In this document: positions 6,429 to 10,761 of the stretch, piece by piece | How positions within the stretch are numbered: the first letter of the stretch is position 1 | Layout: every line of letters begins with the position of its first letter | DNA from: a bacterium | GTDB lineage: Bacteria; Sysuimicrobiota; Sysuimicrobiia; Sysuimicrobiales; Kaftiobacteriaceae | Assembly: GCA_044868695.1 (NCBI GenBank) | Contig: JBIOWP010000147.1 | Coordinates: forward strand, 1-10,761 | Direction: 5' to 3' | Length of the DNA: 10,761 bases | Position numbers and translations under genes: made by a program | The notes under the pieces: model-generated | Seen by the model: the letters and a program-made list of their open reading frames with translations, nothing else | What the model was told of the DNA's origin: nothing | Databases searched by the model: none

Positions 6429-7363
6429 CGGCGGTCCTCCCGCGACGCATCCTCCACCGCCGCGACGAACACGTCCTCCAGCGACGGCAGGATCGGCTCG
6501 ATCCCGGCCACCGGGATAGCGTGCTCTGCCAGCAGGTCCGCCAGGGCCCGGCCCGCGTTCCCGCGCTCGACGACGGCGTGGACCGCCGAGCCGTAGAGGG
6601 CGGCCTCCCGCACCTGTGGGTGAGTCTCCACATGCGCCAGCGCCTCGACCGGACGGTCGGTGCGAATTTCGAGCACGGCGCCGGGCATGCGGTCGCGCTT
6701 CAGCTCCGCCGGCGCCCCTTCGGCGATAATCCGCCCGTCAGAGATGAACGCCAGACGGTCGCAGTGCTCGGCCTCGTCCATGTAGTGGGTGGTCACCATG
6801 ATCGTGATGCCGTCTTGGGCAAAACGGTCGATGAGGTCCCAGAACTGGCGCCGTGAGACCGGATCGACGCCGGCGGTGGGTTCATCCAGAAAGACCATCT
6901 GCGGCCGGTGCAGGACCGCGCAGGCCAGCGCAAGGCGCTGGCGGAATCCGACGGAGAGCACGGCGGCGGGGTCGCGCGCGCGTTCGCTCAGGCGCGTGCG
7001 GGTCAACCACTCGTCGATGCGTATCCGCGCGGTCGGGCGGTCGAGGCCATAGATGCCGGCGTAGAGTTCCAGGTTCTCCCGCACGGTGAGGTCGCCCCAG
7101 AGACTAAACCGCTGCGACATGTAGCCGATGCGGGCCTTCACGGCTTCGGCCTGTTCGGGGATGCGGCATCCGAGCACCTCCGCGCTGCCCTCGGAGGGAT
7201 CCAGGATGCCGCACAGCATGCGGATGGTCGTGGATTTGCCGGCGCCGTTGGGACCCAGAAACCCCCAGATCTCTCCCGGGCGGATCGCAAACGACACGTG
7301 ATCCACAGCCACAAACGATCCGAAGCGCCGCGTGAGGTTGTCGGCTCGGACCGAGTACTCCAT
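6425..7363 (-). CDS. ABC transporter ATP-binding protein (YbhF C-terminal-half-like), 312 aa
   Basis: Walker A GPNGAGKST, Q-loop YMSQ, deviant signature LSVGF, Walker B VFLDEP, H-loop TTHY, C-terminal PSLEDVF. Start reassigned to ATG 7363 (MEYSVRADNL), which overlaps the upstream TAA (TAATG). Confidence 0.93.
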   Translation of the reverse strand: MEYSVRADNLTRRFGSFVAVDHVSFAIRPGEIWGFLGPNGAGKSTTIRMLCGILDPSEGSAEVLGCRIPEQAEAVKARIGYMSQRFSLWGDLTVRENLELYAGIYGLDRPTARIRIDEWLTRTRLSERARDPAAVLSVGFRQRLALACAVLHRPQMVFLDEPTAGVDPVSRRQFWDLIDRFAQDGITIMVTTHYMDEAEHCDRLAFISDGRIIAEGAPAELKRDRMPGAVLEIRTDRPVEALAHVETHPQVREAALYGSAVHAVVERGNAGRALADLLAEHAIPVAGIEPILPSLEDVFVAAVEDASREDRR

Positions 7364-8310
7364 TAGCTCGTCTCTTGTGAGGTGATGCGGGAGACAAATA
7401 CATCTTCCAGCGACGGGGGAATGCGCCGCAGCATGGTCAGCCGGACACCCGAGCGCGCGAGAGCCTCCCGGACCTCTGGCTCGGCGACGCGCGCGGACGT
7501 CACGAGCACGTGCAGGCGGTCGCCGAACACCTCCAGGCTGCGCACGCTCGCGTGGTCCTGCAACACCCGTTTGGCCACGGCCTTGGGATCCGCGGTGACC
7601 TCCAGAATGTCGCCTGCCATGGCGGCCTTCAGGGCGGCGGGATCGTCGCATGCAATCAGGCGCCCGCGGTCCATCAACCCGACGCGGGAGGCGCGTTCGG
7701 CCTCATCCATGTAGGGAGTGCTCACGACGATGGTCATACCCCGGCGGTTCAGGGCATACAGGCTGCGCCAGAACTGCCGCCTCGACACCGGATCAACTCC
7801 CGTCGTGGGCTCGTCCAGGAACAGCACCGCGGGTTCGTGGACCAGCGTGCATGCGAGCGCGAGCTTTTGCTTCATCCCCCCGGACAGATACTGGGCCAGC
7901 CGGTCGGGGAATGCCGCCAGGCGATAGTCTGCGAGCAGTTGCCGTGCGCGCGGTCCGAACTCATCCGGGTGGACGCCGTAGATCTCCGCATACAGCCGCA
8001 GGTTCTCGGTGACGGTGAGGTCCCCATAGAGGCTGAACCGTTGAGGCATGTACCCGATGCGCGCCTTGACGTCCTCGGGATCGCGGACGACGTCATGTCC
8101 CACGACCTCCGCCGTCCCGGCGTCAGGGGTCAACGCGCCGCAGAGCAATCGCATCAACGTGGTCTTGCCGGCGCCGTCGGGCCCGACGAGCGCAAAGATC
8201 TCGCCCGGCCGCACCGCGAGGTCGAGGTGGTCGACGGCGGTGATCGTGCCGAACCGGCGCACCAGGCCGGCGCACCGGACCGCGACCTCCCCTGCACGGG
8301 CGTGCGTCAT
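7363..8310 (-). CDS. ABC transporter ATP-binding protein (YbhF N-terminal-half-like), 315 aa
   Basis: Walker A GPDGAGKTT, Q-loop YMPQ, signature LSGGM, Walker B LFLDEP, H-loop lacking His (STPY), C-terminal PSLEDVF. Confidence 0.93.
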   Translation of the reverse strand: MTHARAGEVAVRCAGLVRRFGTITAVDHLDLAVRPGEIFALVGPDGAGKTTLMRLLCGALTPDAGTAEVVGHDVVRDPEDVKARIGYMPQRFSLYGDLTVTENLRLYAEIYGVHPDEFGPRARQLLADYRLAAFPDRLAQYLSGGMKQKLALACTLVHEPAVLFLDEPTTGVDPVSRRQFWRSLYALNRRGMTIVVSTPYMDEAERASRVGLMDRGRLIACDDPAALKAAMAGDILEVTADPKAVAKRVLQDHASVRSLEVFGDRLHVLVTSARVAEPEVREALARSGVRLTMLRRIPPSLEDVFVSRITSQETS

Positions 8311-8323
8311 GAACCCGCCGCGC

Positions 8324-9487
8324 CTACGGCGATGCCGTCGCGTCCGTCAGGATGGCCGCGTCCGCGGGCAACCCGGGCTTAAGCACGCCGTCGGGGTTCG
8401 GCAGTGCCACGCGCACCGCGAACACGAGCTTCACCCGTTCTTCCTTCGTCTGCACGTTCCCAGGGGTGAACTCCGCGCGGGAACTGATTTCGACCACGGT
8501 GCCGCGGAAGACCCGTCCGCGGAACGCATCCACCCGCACGTCCACCGGTTGGCCGAGGGTCACCCGTCCCAGGTCGCCTTCGGAGATGAACACGCGCAGG
8601 TAGACCCGAGTGAGATCGGCCACGGTCAGCACGGGCGCGCCGGCCGCCACCAGCTCGCCGGCTTCCACCAGGCGTTCGACGACCACACCTGCCAGCGGCG
8701 CCCTCAGGATGGCATCGCCCCGCATGAGCTCGACCTGCCGCAGTGCGGCTCGGGCCTGCGCCAGCTGCGCGCGCGCTGCGGCGGCATCCTGCTCCCGAAT
8801 GGCGATGGAGCGCCGGTTGGCTTCCGCGACGGCGAGCGAGGCGCGCGCCTGCTCCTGGGCCGCCGCGGCCGCACTGAGCTGCGTGCGCGCGGCATCGAGC
8901 TGCGCCAGGGCGGCGTCACGCTGGGCGCGCGCGGCCGCAACCGCAGACTGCATGGTCTCGAGCTGCTGCGCTGAGACGGCCCCGTCACGGTACAGGGTCT
9001 CCAGCCGCTGCAGATCCGACTCCGCCCGTGCGCGGGCTGTCTCAGCGGACCGCAGGGCAGACTCCGCGGCACGCACCCCGGCATTGCCCGCCTCCACCGC
9101 GGCCTTCGCCGATTCCACCTGGGCGCGCGCCTGCGCCAGCTGCGCCTCGACCTGGGCCCGCTGGAGCGCCAGCGCGGCGTCGGCCTGAGCCGGGCGCGTC
9201 TCAGCCGCCGCCACGACGGCCCGCGCCTGCGCCAGCTGCGCCTCGATCTCCGCCGCGTCCAGCTCGGCCACGACCTGGCCCGAGTGGACCTGCTCGCCTT
9301 CCCGCACCGGGATCGCGATGACCCGGCCGGGGATCTTCGCAGCGACATCGACCTGGGTGACTTCGATGGTCCCCGAGGCTTCGATGCGGCCGTCCGGCGC
9401 GCTCCCGCGCGGCCACAGCACCCAGGCGGCGATCGCACTCACCAGGATCGCGATCGGGGCGAGCACACGGCGGCGGGACGGGATCAT
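8324..9487 (-). CDS. HlyD/YbhG-family efflux periplasmic adaptor (membrane fusion protein), ~387 aa
   Basis: N-terminal TM anchor, ASGTIE...GRV..I.VREGEQVHSGQVVAELD lipoyl half, long Ala/Gln coiled coil, LRAPLAGVV...GELV..G.PV lipoyl half, and AEFTPGNVQTKEERVKLVF (YbhG-like). ATG 9487 (TGATG overlap, GAGGTG upstream); GTG 9490 is an alternative start. Confidence 0.92.
   Translation of the reverse strand: MIPSRRRVLAPIAILVSAIAAWVLWPRGSAPDGRIEASGTIEVTQVDVAAKIPGRVIAIPVREGEQVHSGQVVAELDAAEIEAQLAQARAVVAAAETRPAQADAALALQRAQVEAQLAQARAQVESAKAAVEAGNAGVRAAESALRSAETARARAESDLQRLETLYRDGAVSAQQLETMQSAVAAARAQRDAALAQLDAARTQLSAAAAAQEQARASLAVAEANRRSIAIREQDAAAARAQLAQARAALRQVELMRGDAILRAPLAGVVVERLVEAGELVAAGAPVLTVADLTRVYLRVFISEGDLGRVTLGQPVDVRVDAFRGRVFRGTVVEISSRAEFTPGNVQTKEERVKLVFAVRVALPNPDGVLKPGLPADAAILTDATASP
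9126..9246. repeat. Intragenic 25-bp exact direct repeat in the adaptor coiled coil (EAQLAQARA)
   Basis: CGCGCCTGCGCCAGCTGCGCCTCGA occurs at 9126-9150 and 9222-9246, 96 nt apart. A 17-bp partial copy is at 8754-8770. Confidence 0.75.
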
Positions 9488-10761
9488 CACTGCACCTCGG
9501 CGCCGACGGCGCGCTCCAGCGCCGCACGGGCCACGCTGTAACTGTACTGCGATTGCGCGCGGGCGGCCTCGGCTTGAGAGATCGAGGCCTGCGCGCTGAG
9601 CACCTCCAGACTCGTGCCCACGCCCGCGGCAAACCGCACGTTGGCCAGCCGCAGCGCCTCCGCGGCCTGCGCCAGCAGCGCGTCGGCAACCGCCAGTTCC
9701 TCCCGCGCCGACTGCAAGTTGAGAAACGCCGATCGGACGTCCAGCTCGATCGCCTGCCGCTGCTGGGCCTCCGCGGCGTTTACCTGTTCCAGGCGCAGCT
9801 TCGCCTCATTGATGCGCTCCTTTGTCAGACCGCCGTCGGCGACGTTCCATGTCGCCGCCAGCGTGACGCTCCAGAGGCTCGAGAGGTCGGTGCCCGGGAT
9901 GAATCCACTCGTGTTTGAGTAGCTCACAACACCTGAGAGCCCGAGCGCCAGACGCCCCCCGCTCTCGGCCAGCTGGATGCCTGCCTGGGCCGCGGCCTGA
10001 CGGGCCTGCAGTTCTCGAAGTTCCGGCCGGGTCAGGAGCGCCTGGGCAATCAGGCGATCCAGTGGGGTCTGAATGGGCGCGCTCGCGAACGAGTCTTTCG
10101 GCGCGAGCGGCGTATCGATCGGCAGGTTCAGCAGCGCCGCCAGCGCCTGGCTCGCCTGGGCAACCCCGTTGCGCGCCCGGACCTGGGCCTGGCGGGCGGT
10201 GGCCAGCGCGACGTCGGCCTGCACCTCATCGAACCGGGGTGAGACGCCGGCGGCCACGCGAGCCCGGGCCACCCGCAGGCTCTCGGCCGCCTGTGCGACG
10301 CTGCGGCCCGCGGAGTCCACCATGCCCTGGGCGAGCAGCAGCGAGAAGTACGCCTGCCGCACCCCGAAGGTAATCTCTTGTTTGATGCGTTCGAAGGTGG
10401 CCTCGGCGCCCTTCAGGTTGGCCTCGGCCATCGCGAGCTGGGCTTCAATGCGGCCGCCGGAAGAGAGCGGGTATTGGAGGACCACCCGCGAGTCGTAGAT
10501 GTTGGGCGACGGCGGCGGCAGCGTGACGACCGTTCCGCCGCCGAGATCGATGGTGGTCGGTCCCTGTTCCTGCGTGCGAGTGTAGCCTGCCGAGATGATG
10601 CCTGCGACCGCGGCACCCGCCCTGGCCTGCGCGAGCTGCGCCCGCGCGACCGCGACGTCGAATGCGGCGACCCGCAGCGACTGGTTCTGCTGCAGCGCCA
10701 GCGTGAGCGCGTCTCCCTGGGTGAGCGGCCGTGGCTGAGCCTGCGCGGTGGGCGCAGATTG
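9487..10761 (-). CDS. TolC-family outer membrane efflux protein (5' end outside the window; 424 codons visible)
   Basis: The frame is open to the right edge, well beyond the ORF-track start at 10485: QSAPTAQAQPRPLTQGDALTLALQQNQSLRVAAFDVAVARAQLAQARAG... It has two OEP-like repeats (VRQAYFSLL...ARVAAGVSPRFDEVQA; VRSAFLNL...RFAAGVGTSLEVLSAQ) and ends ALERAVG. Confidence 0.88.
   Translation of the reverse strand, partial: QSAPTAQAQPRPLTQGDALTLALQQNQSLRVAAFDVAVARAQLAQARAGAAVAGIISAGYTRTQEQGPTTIDLGGGTVVTLPPPSPNIYDSRVVLQYPLSSGGRIEAQLAMAEANLKGAEATFERIKQEITFGVRQAYFSLLLAQGMVDSAGRSVAQAAESLRVARARVAAGVSPRFDEVQADVALATARQAQVRARNGVAQASQALAALLNLPIDTPLAPKDSFASAPIQTPLDRLIAQALLTRPELRELQARQAAAQAGIQLAESGGRLALGLSGVVSYSNTSGFIPGTDLSSLWSVTLAATWNVADGGLTKERINEAKLRLEQVNAAEAQQRQAIELDVRSAFLNLQSAREELAVADALLAQAAEALRLANVRFAAGVGTSLEVLSAQASISQAEAARAQSQYSYSVARAALERAVGAEVQ

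Noticed and set aside
7364..7651. N-terminal extension of the 6425..7651 ORF
   Set aside because: It lies inside the upstream ATPase gene and is low-complexity. ATG 7363, coupled via TAATG, fits the NBD start.
3325..10498. Numerous overlapping alternative-frame ORFs (e.g. 3358..4497, 3503..4642, 4986..5903, 7510..8382, 8048..8974)
   Set aside because: Arg/Pro/Gly-rich off-frame or antisense translations overlapping well-supported genes; typical high-GC artefacts.

Overview
High-GC bacterial DNA. The TolC-type channel implies a diderm host. The right part (3425-10761) is ordinary transport DNA: a minus-strand, translationally coupled YbhG/YbhF/YbhR-like tripartite ABC efflux operon (TolC-family channel [5'-truncated by the window], HlyD adaptor, two separate ABC ATPases, one ABC-2 permease, HAD phosphatase) converges on a plus-strand MFS transporter. 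An initiator tRNA-fMet (3212-3288, minus) has a near-consensus sigma70 promoter and a long downstream hairpin. Downstream of the tRNA (1-3200) the region looks accessory and partly decayed. It contains a ~230-nt hairpin-rich intergenic element, a 700-aa alpha/beta-hydrolase + GT-B glycosyltransferase fusion with non-canonical catalytic motifs, a 5'-truncated DinB-family remnant, and the start of an ECF41/SigJ-type sigma factor (absent from the ORF track) preceded by an ECF41-like promoter. No integrase, transposase, CRISPR array or rRNA is visible. All family assignments come from recognising motifs by eye, not from database searches.
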